A stretch of DNA of 64,000 nt, from assembly GCA_964188305.1 (NCBI GenBank), contig OZ076887.1. One strand, written 5' to 3'. Under the pieces are notes generated by a model. The model was not told where the DNA came from, did not search any database, and was given only the letters and a program-made list of their open reading frames with translations. Both the position numbers and the translations under genes were made by a program. Shown here one piece after another: positions 38,101-51,014 of the stretch. The DNA comes from Podarcis bocagei (Eukaryota). Positions within the stretch are counted from its first letter, which is position 1. Every line of letters starts with the position of its first letter.

Positions 38101-39503
38101 CTGCCTTTTCATGAAACCAGAAAGGGATTGAACTTCCTCCACAGATTAGATTGTCTTAGAAACAGCCAGCCAAATAACTTTCCAAGAACAAATGTGATTG
38201 TCTAAGGGGTGACAATATACAAAGCGTAAGCAATAAAATGAGCTGTTTAGAGCAAACAGAACATATACTTAGAGGCTGAAGGAGGCACAATATATCCCTA
38301 CGTTCATCAATTTAAAAATGTACACATACAGTCACAAAACTTTCTTATTTAACACTTAATACTGAAAATTCAGTGGAACTGTTGAAGATAATGAACTGCA
38401 GAGCCTCCCCACGGCAAACCACCACTGCAGAGAAGCACACTGTGGACCATGTTTTCATGGTTTGTGAACCACTGCAAAGACAGAAATACCTTTGATGAAG
38501 GGTAAGATATAAATCTCTTAATAAGTAAACAAGAACAGAACCCAGACATGGAGTGTGGAGAACTAACAGGCACTGTTCATTCCCCTTCCTTCTTTTTCTC
38601 CATATGAGACTGGCTGTGAAAGTCCTTGTGTTAAGATGTTCCCAACTCACATGGAAACTGCCCTTGTCTAAAAACCGGTTTCGACAGATGCCACAGAGGA
38701 GTGGCTGCTTCATAATGCAAGACATTTATTGCATTAGCATCCCATAGGATTTGGAGACTGGAGAGGACAGATCGGGGGGGGCGGGGGGAGCAGGGCGGGC
38801 GGGGAGAACAAGGAGATTTTATTCACCCTGTTGCAAACTTTCTGCCTGGAGGTTTGCAGAGGGACCTTTCTTCATTTCAATATGCAGTGTAAGAACACCG
38901 TACTTTTTAGAAGCAACAGTCAAAAGAGAGCAGCTGAAAGTGACCTGTGCATGGTTTTCAATCAGAAGACATGGATTAACATTGGGTGTGCATGCTACAC
39001 TCAGGACTCAACTCCTACCTTCAACAGGGGTGGAGTGACGAATACTAAGGAGGTAGAGGAAGCAAAGGGCTGCATTTGTATGTGGAGACATTTGGCAGCT
39101 GCCATTTTGAAAAATGAAACACCATCGTGCCTCCATGGCAACTCTCTCCCATTTGCATATTAAAGGCACAAAGCCCCACTTTGGGTCATAGCTGGCAACT
39201 CCGTCTTTCTTGTGGGGTGGGGAAAACCTCAAGGCCACAAATATAATAGTCAAGGAGTATTTTTCAGCAGCTCACCAACCCCTAATATTATTTCCCCTAA
39301 ACAGTGGTTCGAAGCTCAGCCAAAAATAAGCCCCAAAAGACAGAGAAAAAGAGTGAAAGAAATGTGAGCTTTGAAAAAATATTTCAGTACCTTTTGAAAG
39401 AGTAACTTGGAACTTACATATTTCTATTGCTGAATTTAAGCTGGTCAGTATTAAAAAAGAGAAAGGGGATTAAAGAACACTGCAAATAGTATAAGCCATC
39501 TAC

Positions 39504-39665
39504 CTGGAACCCATTTGATTTCCATTTCCATATCAGTTTCTTGATGTTTCTTTTCTTTTTCCTGGATACTCTTAAGTAGTTCTCTGTACTTTGCTATTTG
39601 CTCTTCATCATCTTTGGAGTGTTGCTTATGTTTATCGCTGTCTGTTGTGTGCTTTACACCAAAAT
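39504..39665 (-). CDS. ESF1: ESF1 exon 9 (...KDDEEQIAKYRELL...MEMEIKWVP)
   Basis: Matches ESF1; 162 nt, phase 1/1; aag| acceptor. Confidence 0.93.
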
Positions 39666-42464
39666 CTTTAAAAGAAAAGAGAAAAAGAGGAACTTCCAAT
39701 AAATAGGTATAGAAGTCTAAAAAGGAGAGACAGCTCATCTTAAGCATAATACACCAGGGATGTGGAATCTGAGGCCTTCCAGATGTTGTTGGACTCCAAT
39801 TTCCATCAACCCCAGCCAGAATGGTCAGGGATGATAGATGATGTAGTTCGTCAACATCTGGAGAGCCACAGGTTCCCCAGCCATAGTCTGTACTGACAGA
39901 ATGGCTCTTCCGGATTTTATACTGGGACTTTTTGCACGCAGAGCATACCATATCACTGAGCTACTGTCAATTATCCTGAATTTAAATAGGTATTGTATTT
40001 GGAAATGAATAGTAGTCAGAAACACTTTTCACCAGCTCCACCTTGTGGAAAGCTAACACAGATTTTCCTCAATAATTGCATTCTTAAATTTAATCAAAAT
40101 TCAGTTTATCCTTTGGAAAAAAAATATTTATAAAGCACAGCAAACCAAGATGAAATGGAATGACTGCATAAACATCTTAATAAATATATAGAAGAGAGTA
40201 AGAAGCACAGAATATTCTTCTCATCTGATCACAGTTTTTACATTTCTATTCTAACAGCTGAAATTCATTTCCCCCCGTTTGTGCTTAATGCCACAATAAA
40301 CACACTGGCTAGAATTCTGTCATGTACCCAGTAAATCAATGAATAAAACATCAGGATCATGTTAAGGAAATGGCTGTGTATTTTTCTATTAAAAGCTTCT
40401 TTCTGAAAACATAATTAAATTCAAGAACTTTCCAAACTGGAAATACACCAAAAAGTCTTTGGTCTGGTGACACAGCTTAAACCACCTTTTTTAACTACAG
40501 TGTACTTTCATGTAGCCTGGAGATCACAATGAATACATAATGCAATAAAAATAAGACATTTTCTGGAGCAATAATCAACAATAGTAGATTAAAAGTATTC
40601 TTTCTGCATTGTGATGCAGCTGTGATAAATTGTACGGAATAAATAGAAAACGGAAGTATTGCTGGCTTATATGTTCACTGAGTAACTGGGATGTTACTCT
40701 ATCAATTTCCAAGTGATATCCCATTTGCTTGTTTATTTCATGCGTGCACACACTCCACATAATACAATTAGTTCCCTCTGTATACCATATAGATCAGTAC
40801 ATCAAAAACTCACTGAAACAACTGGGGGGGAAATATATGGGAATATCAAAGTCCCATTACAATGCTTAAAAAAGTTATATGGGCAATCAAACTAAGTACC
40901 TTTCAACTATATTTTGGATTTCTCTGTATTAAAAATCAAAGTGACAGCCCTTTGGTGTAATGGTGTGTGCCACTGTGAAATTTTTACATGCCTGACTTCC
41001 ACAGATCGTGGCATCAGTATAGATGACATAACTGGATATAAAAAGAGAACCCCATTATGGGGTACTAGTCCTTATCCTAATGTGACCTGGAAGTTCTAAG
41101 TAAATATTCTGCTCTCCTAACACTTAATGTAAAGATCGGAACACTAGTTCTTTGTTACCAGCAAAGATTAATTATCACCTCCTGTAGGAAAGAAGGGTTT
41201 CTACATAGACAACAGAATCTTCCTTTGAAGGTAAACTTAGGGTTCAGGAAGCATGCAAGATAACCAATTTAGTCATTTATCCCTAGGGCCATGCCTTTTG
41301 AACCGCAAACTAGGCAAGGTAAACAAACAGCAAACAGACAGGAACTTGTAGGAAATAAACAGTGGCACACAGGAATGAAGATGTTAAAATCATCTCTTCC
41401 CCATAAGTATATATTAGCTTAGTACGTAAAAACGCCAGCTTTTCAATGGCCGGGTAGCTCAAAAGCTCAACAGGGACCCTCTTTTCACTCCACACTCTCA
41501 AATATAAGCCCTATCCTTCATGGGTCCCCAGACCAAGGAATCGGTGAGAGAGACATTGGAGCCTTCCTGGTACAGGATATTGATGGGGAAAGCAGAACTG
41601 TCACAGCCCTCTGATTCCATGACTTGGGTTCCACCCTCTCCAGGGCAGGTATACCCTTCCCCGCTTTTACTTTTCATGTGGGCACTGTGGCAAATTGTCA
41701 CACTCACTATCTCTAGGCTGCTGATAGGGATCCTGTTACTCTTTGAAAGAGTGTTGTGTGATTTGCTGCCCACTTTTATCTGTAACTTCGCTGTTTGAAA
41801 GCAGCATCCATGCACGCTTGTCACTTTTATTCCAAGTAATAAATCTATCCTTATTTATTTCCTACTGCATGAACTTCTTCTAGGCATTTGGTTAAGGTTA
41901 GAAATGCATATTCATAATGGATGCATGTTTTAACTGCCGCAAAAGTCCCTAAATCTATTGGGAGTGTGCACAAGAGTACATGTGAGTGCTGGATACACAT
42001 GCGGGTCCAGACACACACTTTGTAAAAATGGCAGAAGATTTAAAGTTCTCACCACACTTTCTCTATCATCCCTGAGGAAGTAGAGAAAGATGGATCACTA
42101 ATGCACCAGTAAAGGGCTCAAGCCTGTAAGATGCATACCAAATGTTATCCACAAATGCACACATGAGCTGGCAAGGCTCAGTCTTCACAACCCACAGAAT
42201 ATTAAGTTTCTCTACAACTGCACGATTTCAGGAACCCAATTCCAAGAAACAGAAACATTTCCATGAACGGTAACACTAGCCAGAGCTGCAGCAATTCAAT
42301 TGTTCCCAAGGATCAAAGAAAACATATTCCAACCACACACAAAACTCCAAAACCTTGTTTACAGAATGATGGTTAATACAAATTGTTCGGTCTCAGCTAC
42401 CTGTCAAATTTGCCCCTCCAGGGGTGGGGAAATAAGGATCTGGTTCCCTATCCATGCTTAACTT

Positions 42465-42829
42465 GCTTGGTTCCCAGTATGTTTCTGAGCACAATTCAAA
42501 GTGTTGGTGCTGACCTTTAAAGCCCTAAACAGCCTTGGCGTGTCTCCACCCCCATCGTTCAGCCCAGACACTGAGGTCCAGCTCCGAGGGCCTTCTGGTG
42601 GTTCCCCCTCACTGCGAGAAGCAAAGTTACAGGGAACCAGGCTTCTCGGTAGTGGCTCCCGCCCTGTGGAAAGCCCTCCGATCAGATGTCAAAGGAATAA
42701 ACAACTATGTGATGTTTAGAATACATCTGAAGGCAGCCCTGTTTAGGGACGTTTTTTAACGACTGATGTTTTAATGTATTTTTAATCTCCTGTTGGAAGC
42801 TGCCCAGAGTGGCTGGGTATAAGTAATAA

Positions 42830-42874
<45 letters not shown>
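42465..42874 (+). mobile_element. L2-clade LINE 3' fragment ending in (TTA)n
   Basis: Degenerate FKVLVLTFKALN / FSVVAPALW / HLKAALF peptides typical of the L2 ORF2 C-terminus; microsatellite tail. Confidence 0.75.
42831..42874. repeat. (TTA)n microsatellite
   Basis: About 14 direct units. Confidence 0.95.
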
Positions 42875-42902
42875 GACACTGAACCTTCACAAATGCAAGT
42901 AC

Positions 42903-43041
42903 CTTGCTGTTCTTCCTCCTCTTCCTCACTTGATGAAGCCAAGTATGCTTGGAAGTCCATGTCCAGAAGTTCATCTTTTTTAAATGTTCGGCTGAGGGAA
43001 GTCACTCTCTCATGATCTGTCTCATCCCACGTGATGTCTAC
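42903..43041 (-). CDS. ESF1: ESF1 exon 8 (VDITWDETDHER...DFQAYLASSSEEEEEEQQ)
   Basis: Matches ESF1; 139 nt, phase 0 to 1; aag| acceptor. Confidence 0.95.
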
Positions 43042-44842
43042 CTTAAGACGGGAAAAAATATTGTGCTTTACCTTCAAGTCACACACGTGTATGCATATAC
43101 ATATAAAGACTGGCTTAAAACAAACTCAATCCTCACGCTAGACCACAACAAAGACTCAACCTTCATATTCAGAATTAAAATTTATGGCTGTCAGCATTTC
43201 TTGCTGCACTCTGAAGGGATTTCAGAACAGCCCCATTCCCCAGTATGTCCATGATTTTACACAAGTGAAAAGCGGCAGTGACGAGACTGGGGAAAAAAGA
43301 AAATATGTAAAGACAAATGAGCAAGGGCTGGAGAGAAACCCCCAGAAATTTAGTTCCAACTGCAAATGAAATATTAAAAACTGAAGAGCTAGTGGTTTCT
43401 AAGTGTTGTTTTATGACCTGGTCAGCACTCTGTGCATGGATTAAGTGTTTACTGCCTTGCCAAAGAAACTTCCTTTGAAAGAAAGAAGAAGTAATTTGAA
43501 TTCTAAAAATATATTTTATTCTTGGATATTGTCCTGATTGGCAGTAGTGGTGGACACTATCATTATCACCATCATCCTGTCCTACGGTTTTAGCAGGGTG
43601 TAGAGTAGGGCTCAGTTTACTACTTTTGCATTTATTCACATGGTTCCTGCTAGAGTGTCTAAATTCCTGACACAGTCCTGTTTAAATTCAGAGACCGTCT
43701 ATGCTATTCTTTTCATGTATTGCATTTGAAGTCCTTTATGCCAGTACCAGAACTTATTATGTTGATATATTGGTATTTTTTGTTTGACATGTTCCCTGTT
43801 CAGAGTTAAGAGTTACTTATGTTTTTGTTCAATTATACTGGAATGCAGTGGTTTATGGAAATACACAGCAAATACCATAAACCACAGGTGACGGGGTGAA
43901 AACGGGGTCATAAAACATGAAATGGGTATATCAGAGGTGAAGCAAAAGATGTATTCTCATGCTATTTGGTATATGTAAAATGAAGTTTAGAAGTGAGATT
44001 TCTCTCCTAGAATGTTCTGGTTGATTGTGAAACAAAACAGATCACTTTTAAGTCAACACAGAATCCATAAGGCTCTGTGATTTTAGCAACAGCCAATGTG
44101 GCAACAGGGTTAGAGCACTGGACTTAAGATTCTGAGTTCCTAACCCTGAGCTCCTAACATACAAATGCAATTGTATTCAGAACATGCTTTGCAACAAGCA
44201 TCAGCTATGTGTCACCTTTGTTCCAGGATTTACAAAATTTCAAATGCAAACTTTCCAGCAATGAAAGGTATTTTTTTCCACTTGTACTACACACACAATT
44301 TTAAATATATATATGTGGAGCCTGATGTGTGCAACAAATGATTGGTTACAAAGAGAGAAAAACAGAGTGCTTAGAAAAAATGACTCTGTAAACAAATTTA
44401 CACAAATTCTTTGAAAAAAAATGTCTGTATCCATTTTTTTCCTGAAGTGGAAGAACATGTTAATCAGATGTTTAAAAGATGTGACTAACATGTTTGGAGT
44501 AATACAAATTCAACAGACACATTCAAAACAGCTAGCACAAGAGAAAAAAAAAGGCTATACAGAATGTATTTTAAGCTTTTTTAAAAAGAAAACTCCCAAT
44601 CAACACTGCCAAAAGCACACACACACACCGAGCAAGGTCATGAACCCACAGAAATCCAGTGCACAAGTCCCCAGGAAGATAATACATGAGAACTCCGCGT
44701 TTGAGAACTACATCAACACAATATGGATCATTCCTGTCTTTCTATCTACAGTGTGATCACTGCTGTATTTACAATCTTTACAAATTAAGAACTCGGAAAA
44801 CTAAACAAGTTCCAAAGGGCTACAAAAACACTGTTAAGGTAC

Positions 44843-44951
44843 CTTTGAAGTCGACACAGCAGCAGATGTGAAGTACTTTGGTTTATAAGAGTCCACTTCT
44901 GAGGCCACATCCTTTGGCTCGTCATCAAATGTCACATCATCTGGAATGAAT
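44843..44951 (-). CDS. ESF1: ESF1 exon 7 (RFIPDDVTFDDEPKDVASEV...YFTSAAVSTSK)
   Basis: Matches ESF1; 109 nt, phase 2 to 0; aag| acceptor. Confidence 0.95.
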
Positions 44952-45263
44952 CTTAAAAGCCGAAAAGAAAAGGAATTGTTATTAAAACAGATACAAGGAG
45001 GCTTCAAAGGAACAAATGTTGATAGGCCCAGCCTCTCTCTTAATTAGTATTAGCTGTTATTAGATATATTAGAAAACAGTTGTTGTTCAGTCCATGGTTT
45101 GGGTGAAGAGGTCAGACAAAAGTGTTACATTTCACTCAGCACAGGGAATGTCTGGTCAGCTCCAGTTTAACCCCACTGAAAAAATGGTGACACCCCAATT
45201 ACTGTTGCTGAAGGGGAGGAACCTGTAACTCACAAGGCCTCGAAGGGTAGGAAGCCAGCAAAG

Positions 45264-45818
45264 AGGCAATAGCTTAGTGGACGAGCACAGATGTTGGATG
45301 TGAAAAATCCCAAATTCAATCCCCGGGACCTCCAGACTCTTGGGAAGCAGAGCTGGAAAAGACCTGTCAATGAGACCCTGGAGGCACACGGCCAGACAGA
45401 ATAGCAGACTATACAGTGGTGCCCCGCAAGACGAATGCCTCGCAAGACGGAAAACCCGCTAGACGAAAGGGTTTTCCATTTTTGAGCTGCTTCGCAAGAC
45501 GATTTTCCCTATGGGCTTGCTTTGCAAGATGAAAACGTCTTGCAAGTGTTCCGATTTTTCCCCCGCTCCCCCCCTTTTTCTAAGCCGCTAATAGCCTTTT
45601 AGCCACTAATCCTTTAATAGCCACTAAGCCTTTAATAGCCGCTAAACCGCTAATAGCGCTAATCCGCTAATCCGCTAATAGGGTTGCTTCGCAAGACGAA
45701 AAAAACGCTAGACGAAGAGACTCGCGGAACGGATTAATTTCGTCTTGCGAGGCACCACTGTACTGAGTTACAACAGACCATTGGTGTGACTCTTTTTAAA
45801 AGGTAGCTAAGTATGTTT
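45264..45818 (+). mobile_element. Degenerate tRNA-derived squamate SINE (Squam3-like) split by a family C MITE
   Basis: TAGCTTAGTGG head; body resumes after the MITE at TACTGAG...GACCATTGG. Confidence 0.55.
45414..45760. mobile_element. Tigger/pogo-like MITE (family C), inserted in a SINE
   Basis: TA|CAGTGGTGCCCCGCAAGACGAA...TTCGTCTTGCGAGGCACCACTG|TA. Confidence 0.88.
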
Positions 45819-46611
45819 AAGGTGAAGTTCAGTTTATTTTATTTATTAGTTAACTTTATATATCACCCTTCATCCAAGGATCACAGGGTGGTAGCTGTAT
45901 TGCTGGTTAAATGTTTAATGATTATTCTATTTGTTTAAAAACCAATTAAAATTTGTATTTAAAAAAGGATCACAGGGTAGTTTACAGTATAAAAACTACA
46001 AAAATACCTAAAATAACAAACAAAACCATAGCTCCACCTCTCTGCAGTTGTCACAGAAAGGACCAGTTATCATCATCAGCACTGAGAGTTGTGAATTAAC
46101 CATCCTCTGGTCAAACTGTTCAGCATTTCAGTCGCTTTCAAAGCAATTACTCTCCCCGATATCCAGTAAAACATCACCAACTCCAGTGATGAGTGTGAGA
46201 AACTTAGGAGGGACATACTTCATGGCTCTCTGCTTATAGCACTGACACTGACAGTGAAGGAGCATGACACTCTAAAAAAGTAAATTCAATTTTGTATGCA
46301 ACATTAAAACACAATTTTAACTGTGTTAAAAAGCACCCTAATATTCAAAAGATGCAAGCCACAGTCTGCTGTGGGAAAGGTAGCTTCAGTGCTTTAAAAC
46401 AAGATATAAGGGAGACAGAGTATATCAGGCATTTGAATGTTTCAGCTGGAATTGAGAAATTTGAGTTCAGATTCAGCTTGGCCGTAAACTACTGGGATGC
46501 TAGGGAAAAGTTAACAACTTCTGTTTCAGGAACCCTCTCTCAAAAAGAATAACAACAATTAACCATCTTCACGAAGCTGTCGCAGGAGGAAAAGAAAACC
46601 CTCCACAATAC

Positions 46612-46764
46612 CTCAGGTCCACGAAAGAACAACTGCTTTCAAATTCCAATCCATCACATTCTTCATAAATTTTGTTGGCTGTTTCAGGAGTGTCACACTC
46701 TACAACCGCATAGAAATACTTCAGTCGCTTGAACTGATAGTCTCTCAGTTTTTCCTTATAAATG
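46612..46764 (-). CDS. ESF1: ESF1 exon 6 (...[21 protein letters not shown]...[14 protein letters not shown])
   Basis: Matches ESF1; 153 nt, phase 2/2; aag| acceptor. Confidence 0.96.
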
Positions 46765-47147
46765 CTTTAAAGGAGAGAGAGAGAGAAATCAAGTAAGGCT
46801 AAAAAAATGAAGGAACAATGAAGCAATTATACTGCAATCCAGTTCTCACAGCTGTGTGGCATAAGAGTATACAACAACATATGAAACTCTTCATGATTAT
46901 GACCAAATATCAGACACTAGTGCCACAATGCCGGACTCAGTGAGGACCCTAGGAATATGTTCTGATGTACTTTAGAATCCGAGTTCCTTCACAACTATGG
47001 ATACTCCAGAGCAGCCTTCACTAGCCTGGTGCCTCCTGATATTGTTGGACTCCCACCAGTCCCAGCCAGCATGGGAAATGGTCAGGGATGATGGGAGTTG
47101 GAATCCACCAGCATCTGGAGGGCACCAGGTTGGGCAAGGTTACTCGA

Positions 47148-47282
47148 GAGGCTTCCTCGAACTCGGCCCTCCAGATGTTTTGAGACTACAATTCCATCAT
47201 CCCTGACCACTGGTCCTGCTAGCTAGGGATCATGGGAGTTGCAGGCCAAAAACATCTGGAGGGCCGAGTTTGAGGAAGCCTG
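47148..47282. mobile_element. Palindromic hAT-like MITE
   Basis: Long inverted arms AGGCTTCCTC.AACTCGGCCCTCCAGATGTTTTG / CAAAACATCTGGAGGGCCGAGTTTGAGGAAGCCT; flank CTCTAGAG. Confidence 0.8.
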
Positions 47283-48946
47283 CTCTAGAGTCATGCCAGG
47301 ATATAAAGAGAGTTACTTTTGCTGTACCCAAGGGATTGCATTCGCACATAAATGGTTGTTGTTACATTTTTTCCTTTGAACAGCAGCTTTCATGCTATAT
47401 CTCTTGAAACTCCCTTGATTTGCAAAAGCATCTTGCTTTGTGGCATCAGGAGCTTTCGTTTGAGACAAAGAAGTTCAAAGGTACTCTGAACACAGCCAAC
47501 TATTGGTGAAAAACTTTGAATCCCGTCCCCCGTTTGCCAATCCCTCCTAATGAATAGTTACCCAAACCATGGTAAGAAATCAATGCATGAGTGGCCCTAT
47601 GCAGAAGTGAGCATGATCTTAAATTCATCGGCTGGTCAGGAACTTAGCGCTAATACAGCCTTCTTCAGCCTTGGATCCCTGGATATTGTTGAACTACAAC
47701 TCTCATTAATCCCTGATGGCTAGGCTGGATGGGAATGATGGAAGTTGTTAAGTCCAGCAACATCTGAGGAACCAAGACTGAAGCCTTCTGGACTAAAAGA
47801 ACTGAAAAAAAGAAAAAGAAAAATGAACATGCAATAGTTTAGGTCTCCCCATACAATTCTACCGGCCATTGTTTATAGAGAAAGCCAGATATATCTCTGC
47901 TATAAGAAACATGTGCATTTACATCCCCTAACTTTCCCCAATTACTTATCAGCATTATTATAATATCACCGTATATCTATCTACATGGCACTTGTTCCAA
48001 GGGCCCTATGCTCTGAGAACAGAAGGCAATGAATGAACAAAAGTGGCCATGCTGTTTGTGTTCTCTGAAGCACCAAATGTGTTGAAAATGCTAAACAAAG
48101 GTAAAGCTGCATTATGGTAACAATTAAACTAGCAATTTTTTCCTTTTCAGACTTTTAGAACTGATGGCATGTTTATAGAAGAAAACTGGCAGTGTTCACC
48201 CAGAGGGAGAAAGGTTCCATCTAGTGGTGGAAATCCATTGTGCAGTATCATGTCAATACTTGTCACTTTGATACCCGAGGGTCATTCTGCTCATCCTCCA
48301 CCATCACAAATCCAACATGCAGCTGTAATGTTCAAATTGCTCAGCTGGTCAGCCTTGCCTGCCTCCACAAGAAGCAAACAATGAGGCTTAGTGTTACCTG
48401 CAAACCAGAACTTGTGTTTGTTTCTCTATACAAACCATGAGTGGAAGCCAAGGAGCAAAACAAACTTTGAGTGCTGATTCACATGTAGCACCAAGCTCAG
48501 CCTCTTGGCTTGTTTCTCCCAGATGTAAGCAAGATGTAGCAGAGTAGGAGCAACTGGGCAGTATGCACAGTGAACCATGGTTTATACCCAACCATTGCTT
48601 ACTGTTACATGCGAACCAAACTAATGTTAGGTCCACTACATCCCAAATGCTTTGGTGTGAAGACAAAGTTTTTGGAATGAGATACCAATAGAAAAAAAGT
48701 ATGTTAAACTAGAATCATTATGATATTGATTACTAACTTTAATGCTTCCTAGGATTTCAAAGGGGTTTATTTATTATTTAGTATATTTATTAAAAGTATA
48801 TACTGCCCTTCATTTGAGGATCACAGGGCGGTTTAAAATATAAAAACACAGTACATAATACAAAAACAATAACCCTTCCCAATTTATTGGATTTCAATAG
48901 CAAAATTTTATATATATGGGAATTATTGTATGTCAGGGTTAAACAC

Positions 48947-49047
48947 CTGTCATTCTCTGTGACATCTTCAGGAAGGCTTAATAGCTCAGTTGGACCATTC
49001 ACTTCCTCCTCTTTCATTCTCTCTTTCCCAAACTCTGAAGGATAGAT
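48947..49047 (-). CDS. ESF1: ESF1 exon 5 (IYPSEFGKERMKEEEVNGP...)
   Basis: Matches ESF1; 101 nt, phase 0 to 2. Confidence 0.95.
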
Positions 49048-49760
49048 CTAGAAACAATAAAAAGGGTGCGTGACATAGTATTAAGTGGCTTGAGAACAGC
49101 TTGGGCTTAGATTTTAAATAATAAATTTCCCCATCTTTCCCTTCTGCCTTAACTATGATTTATACAATGAAATCCACTACTCACATTGCACTATGAATAG
49201 GTCTTTATGCATGAGGCTCAGCTGACACGGACAGAAGTTCATGGTAGACTGCTTTAACAGCAGAAATGTCTTAACTTTTGGTGTTCTGTTTTCATGCCTC
49301 ACCAGTATACATTTTCCACAGAGTTCTATACTAAAGGATTCCTTATGGATTCCAGAGGGGGGGGGGATTGCATTTACTGTCCAGTTAAAAGAGCATTCAG
49401 TGAACCTAACTGTGCTGCAGAATTGTAATCTTACTCTAATATAGGAGTGGCAAACTTATAGACCTCCTGGTGTGGTTGGAATTCAAAGTCCCATCAGCCT
49501 CAGCCAACATGGGCAGTAGTGAGAGATAATAGGAGTTGTAGTCTAATAACATACGGAGGGCCACAGTTTTGACACCTCTTCCCACACCTTCAGCGCAAGT
49601 CTAACCAAGTATTTAAACTGAAACACCACAATTTACAATTTCTCCAGCACAACCCATGCTAGTCTCACAGTTGCAACTATTTGCAAAAAGATAGGTGGAT
49701 TCCTTCGCACTTCCCCAAATATGCATTATTTGCAGGCTGCTATTGAAAACAAGTGCTTAC

Positions 49761-49874
49761 CTTTACAGAAAAGATAAAACCACCTTTAGGTGTAAATGAA
49801 TTAAGTAAAGCCAGTAGGTCCTTAGCTTTCAGTCGATCCCAGTCCATGTTGCAAACTGCCAATCTACGTGTGAT
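49761..49874 (-). CDS. ESF1: ESF1 exon 4 ([21 protein letters not shown]...FSVK)
   Basis: Matches ESF1; 114 nt, phase 0/0; cag| and |gtaagc. Confidence 0.97.
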
Positions 49875-50610
49875 CTGTGTGTAAGAAAATAATTTCACAA
49901 CAGCTACCTAGACCTTTAAGGTAACACAACAGACTGCATATATCACCCTAAGTAAACAAAAATGCAGTTATGAAATTAGATTTGTGCACAAGAGGACTCA
50001 CAGTAGAGTATGAGCACAGCTACAGAGCTTTCTGCCTTGGAGAAGAACCAGAAAATGTGATCAACAAATTACATACTGACTTTCCTCCTCCAGTAAAGAT
50101 CATATACCTTTGGCTGGCTGTTTCTTCTTCATATACATACATATACACATCAGGCCAGACAGACAGTTAACCATTCTTGCTTAATCCAAGGAAGGATAAG
50201 AACCCAGGACAGCAAGGATAAACTGCTAAATCCACAAAGACAAAACTAAGGGCAGAAGATACAGAACCAGAATTTCAACTATTTTGAGTGGCTCCTGCTT
50301 TAGTTTTAACCTGGTTGACAGTTGCAAAAACTGCTGCTAGAAGCACTGAAATTTTAAATGTGTTATATAGAAATACTAGAAAAACTCTTGTTCCATATAT
50401 GTTAGGCCTTCCCTCCACCCCTAATGAAAAAGTGATCTGTAAACTTGCTGGGAGTGTGGGAGGCTGCAATCCTATAAATCACTTACTTATGGACTTGCTT
50501 TTTATGAGGACTGGCCTTGAAGGAAGGCAAGAAACGAAAAACACTCTATAGAAAGAGCTACTTAAAAGATAATTATGTAGTTAGGTCTTTCAAGATTCCT
50601 TGAGCCTTAC

Positions 50611-51014
50611 CGCATCTGCACGAGGGGCATCTTTAGCCAATTCTCCCCATCCATGTTCAACTTCAGGCTCCTTTGGATATATCTCAGCCAAATCCTCCTC
50701 CTCTTCATCTTCATCAGAGCTGGTTTCTATATTGCCTTTCCCCCTTGCCAAATCTGGCCCACTGTCGCTTTCATCAATCTCACTTTCATTTCCTGTTTCT
50801 TCTTCATCTTCTGAACCACTTTCTTCTCTCATTTCTCCCTCCTCTCCCAAGGCGCTTTCCTCTTCCAGATCCCCGCTATCCTCTGACTCACTTTCCTCTT
50901 CAGTCTTTTCACTACCTTCCAATTCATCAAGATCAAAGTGCTCCACATTTTCACAAGTTTCCTTTTGCAAGCAATGTTCATTAATGTGCTTGCTGAAAGA
51001 ATTATCTTCCTTTC
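50611..51014 (-). CDS. ESF1: ESF1 exon 3 (acidic region; SDSGPDLARGKGNIETSS...KDAPRADA)
   Basis: ORF 50590-51033; DLARGKGNIETSS motif; 404 nt, phase 1 to 0. Confidence 0.94.

Noticed and set aside
45414-45760. Repeated GCAAGACGAA units with spacers, CRISPR-like at first sight
   Set aside because: Irregular subterminal repeats inside a TA-flanked MITE in a eukaryotic intron; no cas genes
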